Both the position numbers and the translations under genes were made by a program. A stretch of DNA of 64,000 nucleotides, taken from the NCBI GenBank assembly GCA_963737065.1, contig CAVTRC010000001.1:896001-960000 (forward strand), given 5' to 3'. Positions within the stretch are counted from its first letter, which is position 1; each line of letters starts with the position of its first letter. This DNA comes from Candidatus Eremiobacteria bacterium. GTDB taxonomy: Bacteria; Vulcanimicrobiota; Vulcanimicrobiia; Vulcanimicrobiales; Vulcanimicrobiaceae. Under the pieces are notes generated by a model. It saw nothing but the letters and a program-made list of their open reading frames with translations. It ran no database searches and was not told the DNA's origin. Of the stretch, positions 40,083 through 49,273 are shown one piece after another.

Positions 40083-41138
40083 TCATGAAGCGTCGAAAAG
40101 ACTGATCTGCTTCGCGTCGCCTTCGGTCAATGACGCGACGCGCAGGCCGAGCAGACGCACGGGCGCGCCATTGAGTTCCGCGCGCTTGAGGCAATAGATG
40201 GCCGCTCGAAAAATTCGACGGGCATCGCGAGTTGGTTCGGATAGATGCGTCTGTCGTCCGAAGACCCGAAAGTCCGCGCGCTTGATTTTGACACCGACCG
40301 TGGCCGCGCTGAGATTCTCGCGATCGAGTTTCGCGACAATATCCCGGGTTTGCGCTCGCAGCGCCGAGACGAGGTGCTTCTCATCGCGCACGTCATATTC
40401 GAACGTTTCTTCCGACGAAATCGACTTCGTTTCACGATCGGCTTCGACGGCGCGCCGGTCGACGCCGCGCGCAAGGTCGCGTACTTCGATTCCCCACGAG
40501 CCGAAGAGTTGCTTCAACGATGCATCGTCGAGCGCACCGACTTGACCGATCGTCGATATACCGAACGTTTCCAATCGTGACGCGGTTTTCGGGCCGATGC
40601 CCCACAGGCGGCCGGCTGGGAGCGGAGCGAGAAACGCTTCTTCTTCGCCGGGTGCAATCGCAAGGAGGCCGTTGGGTTTACAGCTGTCCGACGCGATTTT
40701 GGCGATCAGCTTGCCGGTCGCAATGCCCGCACTAATCGTCAGATGCGTCTGCGCAAACACTTCGTCGCGAATCTGCTGCGTCAAACTAACGGCGTCGTTG
40801 AGTTCCGTCTCGCCGAGGTCGACGAAGGCCTCATCCATAGAAAGTCCTTGCACTGCGTGTCCGCGCGAACCGAAAATTGCGAAGACTTGCCGGGAGACCA
40901 TCGTATATTTCGCCATGTCGGGTGGGACGACAACGAGCTGCGGGCACAGTTCGCGTGCCCGATAGAGTGGAAGAGCGGAGCGTACGCCGAACGGCCGCGC
41001 TTCATACGACGCGGTAAGGACCACCGCGCGGCGGTGGCTTCCGGCGACGGCGACCGGTTTTCCCGTGAGCGACGGATCGTCGCGCACTGCGACACTTGCG
41101 TAGAACGCATCGATGTCGAAGTGCGCGATGAAACGCAT
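40083..41138 (-). CDS. dinB: DNA polymerase IV
   Basis: HFDIDAFYASV, ASYEARPFGVRS, SMDEAF, KPNG, WGIGPKT; start ATG 41138. Confidence 0.95.
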   Translation of the reverse strand: MRFIAHFDIDAFYASVAVRDDPSLTGKPVAVAGSHRRAVVLTASYEARPFGVRSALPLYRARELCPQLVVVPPDMAKYTMVSRQVFAIFGSRGHAVQGLSMDEAFVDLGETELNDAVSLTQQIRDEVFAQTHLTISAGIATGKLIAKIASDSCKPNGLLAIAPGEEEAFLAPLPAGRLWGIGPKTASRLETFGISTIGQVGALDDASLKQLFGSWGIEVRDLARGVDRRAVEADRETKSISSEETFEYDVRDEKHLVSALRAQTRDIVAKLDRENLSAATVGVKIKRADFRVFGRQTHLSEPTRDARRIFRAAIYCLKRAELNGAPVRLLGLRVASLTEGDAKQISLFDAS

Positions 41139-41146
41139 CGAAGCCG

Positions 41147-42004
41147 TTACCTCGTGCCGTTCGATCGAACCGCGTCGGCGATCGTCAAGATCGTCTTCAT
41201 GTTCCGGATATCGTCCGCATCCTCGCCCGGCGTCTCGAGTATCGCGACCTTCTCGTGCAGTTCGCGGTGCGCGAGGATCGCGCGAAAGCCTTCGAACCCG
41301 ATGACACCTTCGGCGACGTGATGGTGGCGGTCGCGCGCGCTGCCGAGCGGAACTTCCGTATCGTTGAAGTGAAAGACATGCAGGCGGTTGAGGCCGATGT
41401 ATTCTTGCGCCTGAGCGATAAACCGCTCGACCCCGGCGCCCGAATTGATCTCGTAACCCGCGGCCCACGCGTGAGCGGTGTCGAGACAAACGCCGAGTTG
41501 CGGATGATCGAGCGTTCGCATCAGCTCGCCAAGCTCTTCGAGCGTGCCGCCGGCCAAGTTTCCCGCACCGGCGGAATTTTCGATCACCAGATAAACGCCG
41601 GGATGAATCGACGCAAGCACCCCGTCGAGAACACGGCATATCGCGAGGAAACCTTCCTTGCGATCGCGTTTCCCGTACGAACCGAGATGCGTGTTGACGT
41701 AGCGAATCCCGCCGGCCGCAGCGGTCGCGAGATCGGCTTTCAACAGCGCGACCGATCCCGCAAGAACCTTCGGATCGTCGCTCGCAACGTTGATCAAGTA
41801 CGGCGTGTGAATCACGCAGGGATCGATCCCAGCCTCACGTCGCATCGACGCGAACGCATCGAGCGCCGGCTGGTCGATTTTACTCGGGCGATAGCTTCGC
41901 GGATTGCTCGAGAATATTTGGAGCGCGGTACATCCGGCGTTTTTCGCGTGCTCGATCGCTTTGGCGTATCCGCCGGAGACACGAACGTGGATCCCAATGC
42001 GCAT
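41147..42004 (-). CDS. nfo: Endonuclease IV (AP endonuclease 2)
   Basis: HTPYLIN, ENSAG, CLDTAH, HFND, DRH, ILETP. Confidence 0.95.
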   Translation of the reverse strand: MRIGIHVRVSGGYAKAIEHAKNAGCTALQIFSSNPRSYRPSKIDQPALDAFASMRREAGIDPCVIHTPYLINVASDDPKVLAGSVALLKADLATAAAGGIRYVNTHLGSYGKRDRKEGFLAICRVLDGVLASIHPGVYLVIENSAGAGNLAGGTLEELGELMRTLDHPQLGVCLDTAHAWAAGYEINSGAGVERFIAQAQEYIGLNRLHVFHFNDTEVPLGSARDRHHHVAEGVIGFEGFRAILAHRELHEKVAILETPGEDADDIRNMKTILTIADAVRSNGTR

Positions 42005-42031
42005 CAGCGTGTCCCGAGCCTTTTGCGAACG

Positions 42032-42763
42032 CTATTTCTTCGCGAGATACAGATAGTGCGTATAGGCGAGCGGCACGTACGGGTCACCGTCTCCGAAGCG
42101 CTCGCCCAGACGGCGTTCGAAGGCTGCGATGTATGCGTTCAACCGATAGCCCATGCGCTCGCGTACGCTCGCGCGCGAGCGTTCCATTTGCACGACGCGC
42201 GAGAGCGGCATGGACGTACGCCACGGGACAACACGCAGCGTATGATCCCGCCATGGCGCCGCATAGAACTCTTTGAATCCGTTTTTCAAACCGCTCGGCG
42301 GAATATTCATTCTCACTTCCGTCGCCGCCTCGTCGCGCATCATGCTGACGGCGGCGTCACGCATCAGATGCTTCCACCAGATTGCGACGAACCCGTTTGG
42401 TTTGACGACGCGTCGCATTTCTGCGACGGACGCCGCTCGATCCACGCGATGGATCACCTGCGCGCTGATCGCCACATCGAACGATGCGTCAGCGAACGGC
42501 AACTTTTCCGCCGTACCGATCACCCATTGCGCGCGCGGATATCTCCGCTTCGCATGAGCCAGCATCGGCTCTGACGGATCGACTCCGACCACCGTGAAAT
42601 CATTGTCGTGCAATGGACCGCCGGCAAGACCCGTTCCGCAGCCAACGTCGAGAATTCGGTGCTGCCGATTAAGACCGTACTCGAGGAGGTGGTTATAGAT
42701 CTCGTTTGCGTAACCGATGCGGCCGGCGTCGTAATTCTCGGCAATCGGATCGAACGTCGTCAT
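42032..42763 (-). CDS. Class I SAM-dependent methyltransferase
   Basis: LDVGCGTG, GVDPS, AEKLPFADASFD. Confidence 0.9.
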   Translation of the reverse strand: MTTFDPIAENYDAGRIGYANEIYNHLLEYGLNRQHRILDVGCGTGLAGGPLHDNDFTVVGVDPSEPMLAHAKRRYPRAQWVIGTAEKLPFADASFDVAISAQVIHRVDRAASVAEMRRVVKPNGFVAIWWKHLMRDAAVSMMRDEAATEVRMNIPPSGLKNGFKEFYAAPWRDHTLRVVPWRTSMPLSRVVQMERSRASVRERMGYRLNAYIAAFERRLGERFGDGDPYVPLAYTHYLYLAKK

Positions 42764-42769
42764 AGCTCG

Positions 42770-43462
42770 CTACGAAATATCGGCAGAACCGTCGGGCGTT
42801 TCCACCGGTAGGGCGGTGTGCTCGGCTTGCTCCATCTGCGGCGTGGGCACCAACAGATTGAGTTCTAACGGCTGGCCGGGTTCCAACTCGAGCTGCGGAA
42901 GATCGTCCAGCGAATTGAGACCGAACGACTCGAGGAAGATCGATGTCGTTTTATACGTCATCGGACGGCCGACGACGTCTCTGCGCCCGGCTTCGGCGAC
43001 GAGTCCGCGGTCCATGAGCGTATTGACGACGCTGTCGGAATTCACGCCGCGAATTGCCTCGATTTCGCCCTTTGTCACCGGCTGCATATGCGCGACGATG
43101 GCAAGCGCTTCGAGCGCGGGCGCCGACAGCGACGTCTTGGGCGGCAACAGATACGCTTCGACGACCTCGCGCACCGCGGACGACGTTGCCAACCGATAGC
43201 CGCCGGCCACTTCGCGCAGCAGAATTCCGCCGTTGCTATAGCGCTCTTCAAGCTCTTGAATCGCGAGCGCCACCGCCTTCTCGTCTTCTCCCGTCAGCTT
43301 CGCGAGACGTTTCGTTTCGAGCGGTTCGCTCGCGACGAACAACAGCGCTTCAATCGCCGGTGCAATACGTTCTGCGGCGAAGCGCAGCTCTTCGGCTTCT
43401 TCATTGATCTCGCCCGTCGTCCGTTCCATCTCGGCGATCGGCTCGTCGGTCGGCACAATCAT
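42770..43462 (-). CDS. scpB: SMC-Scp complex subunit ScpB
   Basis: IEALLF, LSAPALEALAIVA, IRGVNS, FLESFGLNSLDDLP. Confidence 0.95.
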   Translation of the reverse strand: MIVPTDEPIAEMERTTGEINEEAEELRFAAERIAPAIEALLFVASEPLETKRLAKLTGEDEKAVALAIQELEERYSNGGILLREVAGGYRLATSSAVREVVEAYLLPPKTSLSAPALEALAIVAHMQPVTKGEIEAIRGVNSDSVVNTLMDRGLVAEAGRRDVVGRPMTYKTTSIFLESFGLNSLDDLPQLELEPGQPLELNLLVPTPQMEQAEHTALPVETPDGSADIS

Positions 43463-44253
43463 CCTTCGGCGCGCGTGGATGGGTTCGGCAGGATGCGGAT
43501 GTCATCGTTTAAACTCGGCTGATCGAACGAAATCCGGTGGCGACGCACGAGTTCCAGAATCGCAAGGAACGCGACGATGATCGCTTCCCGCGTCATGCCC
43601 ATCTCATGGCAAAGCGCGGAGAACGCAACTTCGCCGCGCTCTTTGACTTGCCGAGACACGTAGTCCATCATCGCGATGAGCGAAAACGTTTCGCGAACGA
43701 TCTCGCGTTTTTCGGGACGCGCTTGCTGCAGCATGGCAAGGAATGCGCGCTTGAGCTTCTCCGGATCGATCCGATACCGCTGCACGAGCTCGCTCGTCGG
43801 GTCGCCGGATTCGCGGAAATAGTACCCGCTTGCTTCGTCTTGGCGTGCCTTCAATTGTTGTCCGAGTTCGCGATATTTCGAGTACGCAATGAGCCGGCGG
43901 CGCAGCCGTTCCTCGACTTGCTCCGGCGTCTCTTCCGTTTCATCGACGAACTCTTGCGGGATCGGCGGCAACAGCGCTTTCGACTTCAAGAAGACCAGCG
44001 TCGCGGCGATCACGAGGTACTCGGCAGCGACCTCAACATCGAGCGCGTCCATCATGCGGACGTAGTCGAGGTACTGCTCGGCCACGCGCGCGAGCGGAAC
44101 GGTCGCAATATCGAGCTGCTGCTCCTTGATCAAACTGAGCAACAGATCGAGCGGACCATCGAAGACGTCGAGTTGCACACGGAGAGGCTCGGCCTGCGCG
44201 GATTCTGCTTGGATCGAATCCTGCACGGCTTGCGGGGCGCACGTTTCGTTCAA
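43459..44253 (-). CDS. scpA: Segregation and condensation protein ScpA
   Basis: FDGPLDLLLSLI, KSKALLP, FLAILELV. Confidence 0.95.
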   Translation of the reverse strand: MNETCAPQAVQDSIQAESAQAEPLRVQLDVFDGPLDLLLSLIKEQQLDIATVPLARVAEQYLDYVRMMDALDVEVAAEYLVIAATLVFLKSKALLPPIPQEFVDETEETPEQVEERLRRRLIAYSKYRELGQQLKARQDEASGYYFRESGDPTSELVQRYRIDPEKLKRAFLAMLQQARPEKREIVRETFSLIAMMDYVSRQVKERGEVAFSALCHEMGMTREAIIVAFLAILELVRRHRISFDQPSLNDDIRILPNPSTRAEG

Positions 44254-44729
44254 GAGGTTTTCTGTTCGGCCGTTCGAGCGACGACCGGAATATCGCCAAA
44301 GGCAGCGGGAGTCGCGGTGATATAGTCCAGCGCCATATCGACGAGGCGCTTTTCGTTCACGTATTTGAGTGCCCTACGTGCGGCCTTGACCTCAAACCAC
44401 CGTGCCTCGTCCACTTCGTGGTCATGGTTTGCCGTGTCGCCCGAAAGGTATCGCATGAGGAAGAACGTGACCGACTTTTTGTGCTTGGCCTTGCCCACGT
44501 AAAACCAATACGAGATTTCGTTCAGTCGCGTCAGGATTTCGGCCCAGCATCCTGTCTCTTCGCGCACTTCGCGCAGCGCCGCTTGTTCGTTCGATTCTCG
44601 TGCTTCGACATGACCCTTCGGTAACGTCCAAACGCGCGGTTCACCGCGCCCGATCAATAGCGCATCAAACCCGCTCTCGCGGGCCCGCAAGACTAGTCCA
44701 CCGGCCGACACTTCATACTTGATTCGCAT
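44250..44729 (-). CDS. NUDIX hydrolase
   Basis: Nudix box GHVEARESNEQAALREVREETG. Confidence 0.92.
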   Translation of the reverse strand: MRIKYEVSAGGLVLRARESGFDALLIGRGEPRVWTLPKGHVEARESNEQAALREVREETGCWAEILTRLNEISYWFYVGKAKHKKSVTFFLMRYLSGDTANHDHEVDEARWFEVKAARRALKYVNEKRLVDMALDYITATPAAFGDIPVVARTAEQKTS

Positions 44730-44862
44730 GTCGATAGACCCGTAGGAGACAGGGAAGGGGGCGCTGGTCGTGCCCCCTGATTACTTTCATTATAGGCCCC
44801 AGCCCCAAGAAGCACCTGGCGGCAGGATGGCCCTTTTCCGTGGCGTTGGGTATAGGGCGCAC

Positions 44863-45975
44863 GTGGAACAAGACCCAGCGCTCGTCGCTCGTTCGGCCGG
44901 GCTACGCTATGTCAACGACGGGATTCCGGGGATAAAGCGACTGCGCGATGGCAAGCGCTTCCGATATCTCTCGCCCGAGGGGAAGCCGATCTCCGATGAG
45001 ACGGAGTTGGCCCGGATTCATGCGATCGGCGTGCCGCCCGCGTACGAGGACGTCTGGATCTCGCCGGTCGCCAACGGCCACCTGCAGGCAACCGCGGTGG
45101 ACGCACGGGGCCGCAAACAATACCGGTACCATAAGAAGTGGCGCGAGCTTCGCGACGAGACGAAGTATCATCGCATGGTCGACTTCGCAGCCGCGCTGCC
45201 GAAAATCCGCGCACGAGTCGAACGCGACTTACAACTTCCCGGCATGCCGCGCGACAAAGTCCTCGCCGCTGTAGTGCGTCTGCTCGAAGAAACGACCATT
45301 CGTGTCGGCAACGAGGAGTATAAGAAGGAGAACGACTCGTACGGCCTCACGACGATGCTCAACAAGCACGCGAAGGTCGACGGCGCGCAAGTGCGCTTCA
45401 GCTTTAAAGGCAAGAGCGGCGTCAAGCACACGATCGCGTTGCGCGACAAACCGCTTGCAAAGATCATCCGCGCGTGCCAAGACCTTCCGGGACAGGAACT
45501 CTTTGCGTACCTGGAAGATGACGGCACGCCGCGTGACGTCGGTTCCAACGACGTGAACGACTATATCAAGGAAGTTTCCGGCGGCGACTTCACTGCGAAA
45601 GACTTCCGCACGTGGGTCGGGACCGTTCAGTGCGCGTTGCTGCTCGCGGAAGAAGAGGCCATGGAGACGCAATCGGACCGCAAGCGCCGGCTCAACGACG
45701 TCATCAAGCAAGTCGCAGCGCGTTTGGGCAATACACCGGCGGTTGCGAAGAAAAGCTACATCCATCCGGAAGTGATCGCCGCGTACACCGAAGACGGTAC
45801 AATCGGTCAGATGCTGCGCGGCAAACCGGCAAAAGGTTTACTCCCGGAAGAAAAGTTCGTCGTCGACTTCTTGAAGAAACGCGAACGCGAAACGCCGCAA
45901 GCGCGAACGACGAAGAAACTGAAACAAAGCCTCGCCGCCGCAAAAAGAGGCACGTCGTCCAATTCACGGGCTTGA
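44863..45975 (+). CDS. DNA topoisomerase IB
   Basis: GRKQYRYH, RVGNEEY, FKGKSG, AKDFRTW, LGNTPAVAKKSYIHP (catalytic Tyr). Confidence 0.93.
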   Translation: MEQDPALVARSAGLRYVNDGIPGIKRLRDGKRFRYLSPEGKPISDETELARIHAIGVPPAYEDVWISPVANGHLQATAVDARGRKQYRYHKKWRELRDETKYHRMVDFAAALPKIRARVERDLQLPGMPRDKVLAAVVRLLEETTIRVGNEEYKKENDSYGLTTMLNKHAKVDGAQVRFSFKGKSGVKHTIALRDKPLAKIIRACQDLPGQELFAYLEDDGTPRDVGSNDVNDYIKEVSGGDFTAKDFRTWVGTVQCALLLAEEEAMETQSDRKRRLNDVIKQVAARLGNTPAVAKKSYIHPEVIAAYTEDGTIGQMLRGKPAKGLLPEEKFVVDFLKKRERETPQARTTKKLKQSLAAAKRGTSSNSRA

Positions 45976-46038
45976 AAACCCAGCGCAGCGCAAAGTGCGG
46001 CACTGGCCGTTCGCGTTTGCGGTTCTTACAGTATCTTA

Positions 46039-47688
46039 CTACGATCGATGGGGGCCTCGTACTTCAGACAGTACGTGTTCCGTTGCTTCGCTCGAAACGT
46101 CCAATGCGTGGAGTGCCGCCTCGGCAAAGCTGAGCGCACCTTCGACTTCCGGCACGATGACCACCGACGCGCCGTTGGAATAAAGCTCGTCGACATCGGA
46201 GCTTTGCTGCGCGCGCGCAATAACGCGAGCGCCGGTCCTCGCCTTCGCTCGTTGCGCCAAGATGTCGGCCGTTGCGCTCTCTGGAACCGTTATAACAAAG
46301 ACTTCGACGCCGAGCGTCAGTACGCGATCAAACGCCTGCGGATCGAGCGCATCGCCGAGGATCACGTTGTCGCCCGCTGCGCGCATGTGCGCAACGAGTT
46401 CACCATCGCGTTCGATTGCGACGTAAGGGATTCGCGCTTGACGTAGCACGGTTGCAACCGTTTGGCCGACGCGCCCAAAACCAACGACGGCGACGCGCGC
46501 GCCTGCTCGCGCGTCGCCCTCGGATTGCACGCGTTCGTTCATGTGCGCCGCTCGAAGGCGCGATAACCACGGACCGGGTACGACGCACGCAATCATCGTT
46601 ACGAAGGTAACGCCGAGCAGAACTTGTGCTTCCGCGCCGGACAGGCGCGACGCGTGGTGCGCTTGCGTAATGAGCACGACGTTGAACTCGCCGAGCGATG
46701 CCATACCGACGCCCACGAACGCTGCGCCGGCGGCCGTCATTAGGCTCAAACGCGCCAGCACGAACCACAACGCGCATCGAAGCACGGCGAGAACGACCCC
46801 TGCAGCGACGATCTCGATCCAGTGCGACGCGAAGAACGATATGTCGATCAGCATTCCGACCGACACGAAGAATAACGTGACGAAGAGCGATCGGAACGGT
46901 GCGACGACCGACGCGATCACCGCGCTCCCCGCCGCCTCGGAAATCACCGCTCCGGCGACGAATGCGCCGAACTCAAACGACAGTCCGGCAATGTACCCGA
47001 GCCACGCCGCTACCAACGCCAGCGCAGAGAATATTCCAAAGAGCACATCGGCCGACGCGTGCAGGACCGTTCGTCGAACGAACGTATGAAGAACCGTTGC
47101 TCCAAGAACAAGCGCGATCGCGACGAACAACGCCGCTTTGATCAACGGAACGACGATCCCCGCTATCGTCAGCTCGGCCGCGGGCGCGGTCACGACAACG
47201 ATCAACGCCACAGCGACGAGGTCTTGCACGATCTGTTGCGCGATCGTGAAGCGGCCCGGCCCGCTGGACTCGATATTCCAAGCGCGAAGCAATGCAACGG
47301 CGACGGCCGTACTCGAAACGCACGTTGCAACGGCGCCGGTCCACGGATGCGAAAACCCGAGGAGCAGACACACGACTACGGCGCTTACCGTCGCAAGCAC
47401 CATCACGATGAGATTTCCGCCGATCGCACGCGCGCCGAGCTTCCTTACTTCATCAATCGAGAAGCCGAGGCCGATGCTAAAAAGAAGAAAAATCAGCCCC
47501 AGCTGCGCGAGCGTTTCGACGTTCTCAGGATTCGCTACGTAACCGGAGGTAAACCGGCCGATCAGTACGCCCGCAACAAGGTAGCCCACGATCGCGCTGA
47601 TCCGAAAGCGCTCCGCGATAATTCCGAGGATCATCGCCGCGGTCAGCGCGATGGTCAGGTCGGCCAGGAAATTGACGCTGGCGTTCAC
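46039..47688 (-). CDS. CPA2/Kef-type cation:proton antiporter with TrkA-N (RCK) domain
   Basis: About 12 TM helices, IVQDLVAV, LGEF; C-terminal VVGFGRVG. Confidence 0.88.
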   Translation of the reverse strand: MNASVNFLADLTIALTAAMILGIIAERFRISAIVGYLVAGVLIGRFTSGYVANPENVETLAQLGLIFLLFSIGLGFSIDEVRKLGARAIGGNLIVMVLATVSAVVVCLLLGFSHPWTGAVATCVSSTAVAVALLRAWNIESSGPGRFTIAQQIVQDLVAVALIVVVTAPAAELTIAGIVVPLIKAALFVAIALVLGATVLHTFVRRTVLHASADVLFGIFSALALVAAWLGYIAGLSFEFGAFVAGAVISEAAGSAVIASVVAPFRSLFVTLFFVSVGMLIDISFFASHWIEIVAAGVVLAVLRCALWFVLARLSLMTAAGAAFVGVGMASLGEFNVVLITQAHHASRLSGAEAQVLLGVTFVTMIACVVPGPWLSRLRAAHMNERVQSEGDARAGARVAVVGFGRVGQTVATVLRQARIPYVAIERDGELVAHMRAAGDNVILGDALDPQAFDRVLTLGVEVFVITVPESATADILAQRAKARTGARVIARAQQSSDVDELYSNGASVVIVPEVEGALSFAEAALHALDVSSEATEHVLSEVRGPHRS

Positions 47689-47740
47689 AGTGCGTCTCGC
47701 TCACTCACAAGATAGAGCGGCAGCCGCGACGGTGAGCGTC

Positions 47741-49273
47741 CTACGCGGGCTCCCACTTCAAATCGGGATTGCGGGCCGCACGCGTCTCGTCGACGCGGCT
47801 CACCACGGTCGTTACCGGCGCCGCCATCACCGCCTCGGGATCGCGCTTCGCTTCTTCGACGATTTCGCGCAGCACGCCGACGAATGCGTCGAGCGTTTCC
47901 TTCGACTCGGTTTCCGTCGGCTCGATCATCAAGCACTCGGGAACGATCAGCGGGAAATACATCGTCGGCGCCATCATGCCGTGATCGAGCAGCGCCTTCG
48001 CGAGGTCGAGCGCTTTAACGCCCGTTTGTTTCTTCAATTCCTGTGCCGACGCAACGAATTCATGACGGCAGATCTCCGGATACGGGGTATCGAGAAATTC
48101 GGCGACTTTGACCCGCACGTAGTTTGCATTGAGCACGGCGAGTTGCGAAACCGTTTTCAAACCGTCCGCGCCGTTTGCGTAGATGTATGCGAGCGCGCGC
48201 ACCGCGTGCGCGAAGTTCGACCAGAACGAACGCATCGGACCGATCGATTTGGGACGGTCGAAGTCAAGCGAGAACGTATACCTGTCGCTCGGCGCCGCAT
48301 TGGCGTCGCCGTTGGTCTTCGGCGTTGCGCGCACGACGGGCGTGGGCAGGTAGTCGACGAGATGCGCTGCGACACCGAGCGGTCCATGACCCGCACCGCC
48401 GCCGCCGTGTGGAATCGTGAACGTTTTATGTGTGTTGAGATGCATCAGATCGAAGCCCATGTCTCCGGGACGCACGTTGCCCATGATCGCGTTCGCATTC
48501 GCACCGTCGTAATACATCAGCCCGCCCGCATCATGGACGGCTTGCGCAATTTCATGAATATGATCTTCGAAAAGCCCAAGAGTGTTGGGATTCGTCATCA
48601 TGCAGACAGCGGTATCGTCGCCGAGGACTTTCTCGATTTCCGCGACGCTCACACGTCCGCGCTGATCGGACGGCAAGCTGATGACTTTGAACCCGCACAT
48701 CGCCGCGGAAGCGGGATTCGTTCCGTGCGCCGTGTCGGGCACGATGACCTTGTCGCGCCCGGTCTCGCTCTTGTCTTTGAAGTACTTCTTCGCGATCAAG
48801 AGTGCCGCAAGTTCCGCGTGCGCACCGGCCGAGGGATTGAGCGAAAACGCCGCCATACCGAAGAGCGAAGAGAGCGAACGCTCCAGCTCATACATCACCT
48901 GCAGCGCGCCTTGCGCGAGCTGGTCGGGCGTATACGGATGCAACCTGGCGAATCCGCGCTTCGTCGCGATCGCGTCATTGATGCGCGGGTTATACTTCAT
49001 CGTGCAGGATCCGAGCGGATAGAAGCCCAGATCGATGCCGAACGTGCGTTGCGAAAGCTTCGTGAAATGACGGATGACGTCGAGCTCGCTGTTATCCGGA
49101 AGCGGCAAGTCGTCGCGAAGCAGCGATTTCGGTAAAAACTCCGTCATCGGACGCGCATCCTCGACGTACTTGTTCGCGCGACCGTCTTGCCCGAGATCGA
49201 AAATCAGCTCGGGAGCCGCCGCCTCGGCGTGCCGGGCTCGCTGCGGATTTCCATCAAACGTTTGCGTGGACAC
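47741..49273 (-). CDS. gcvPB: Glycine dehydrogenase subunit 2
   Basis: YPLGSCTMKYNP, AHGTNPASA, HLNTHKTF..PHGGGG, EPTETES. Confidence 0.96.
   Translation of the reverse strand: MSTQTFDGNPQRARHAEAAAPELIFDLGQDGRANKYVEDARPMTEFLPKSLLRDDLPLPDNSELDVIRHFTKLSQRTFGIDLGFYPLGSCTMKYNPRINDAIATKRGFARLHPYTPDQLAQGALQVMYELERSLSSLFGMAAFSLNPSAGAHAELAALLIAKKYFKDKSETGRDKVIVPDTAHGTNPASAAMCGFKVISLPSDQRGRVSVAEIEKVLGDDTAVCMMTNPNTLGLFEDHIHEIAQAVHDAGGLMYYDGANANAIMGNVRPGDMGFDLMHLNTHKTFTIPHGGGGAGHGPLGVAAHLVDYLPTPVVRATPKTNGDANAAPSDRYTFSLDFDRPKSIGPMRSFWSNFAHAVRALAYIYANGADGLKTVSQLAVLNANYVRVKVAEFLDTPYPEICRHEFVASAQELKKQTGVKALDLAKALLDHGMMAPTMYFPLIVPECLMIEPTETESKETLDAFVGVLREIVEEAKRDPEAVMAAPVTTVVSRVDETRAARNPDLKWEPA

Noticed and set aside
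41139..41639. N-terminal extension of dinB in the ORF track
   Set aside because: Overlaps nfo out of frame; DinB homology begins at ATG 41138
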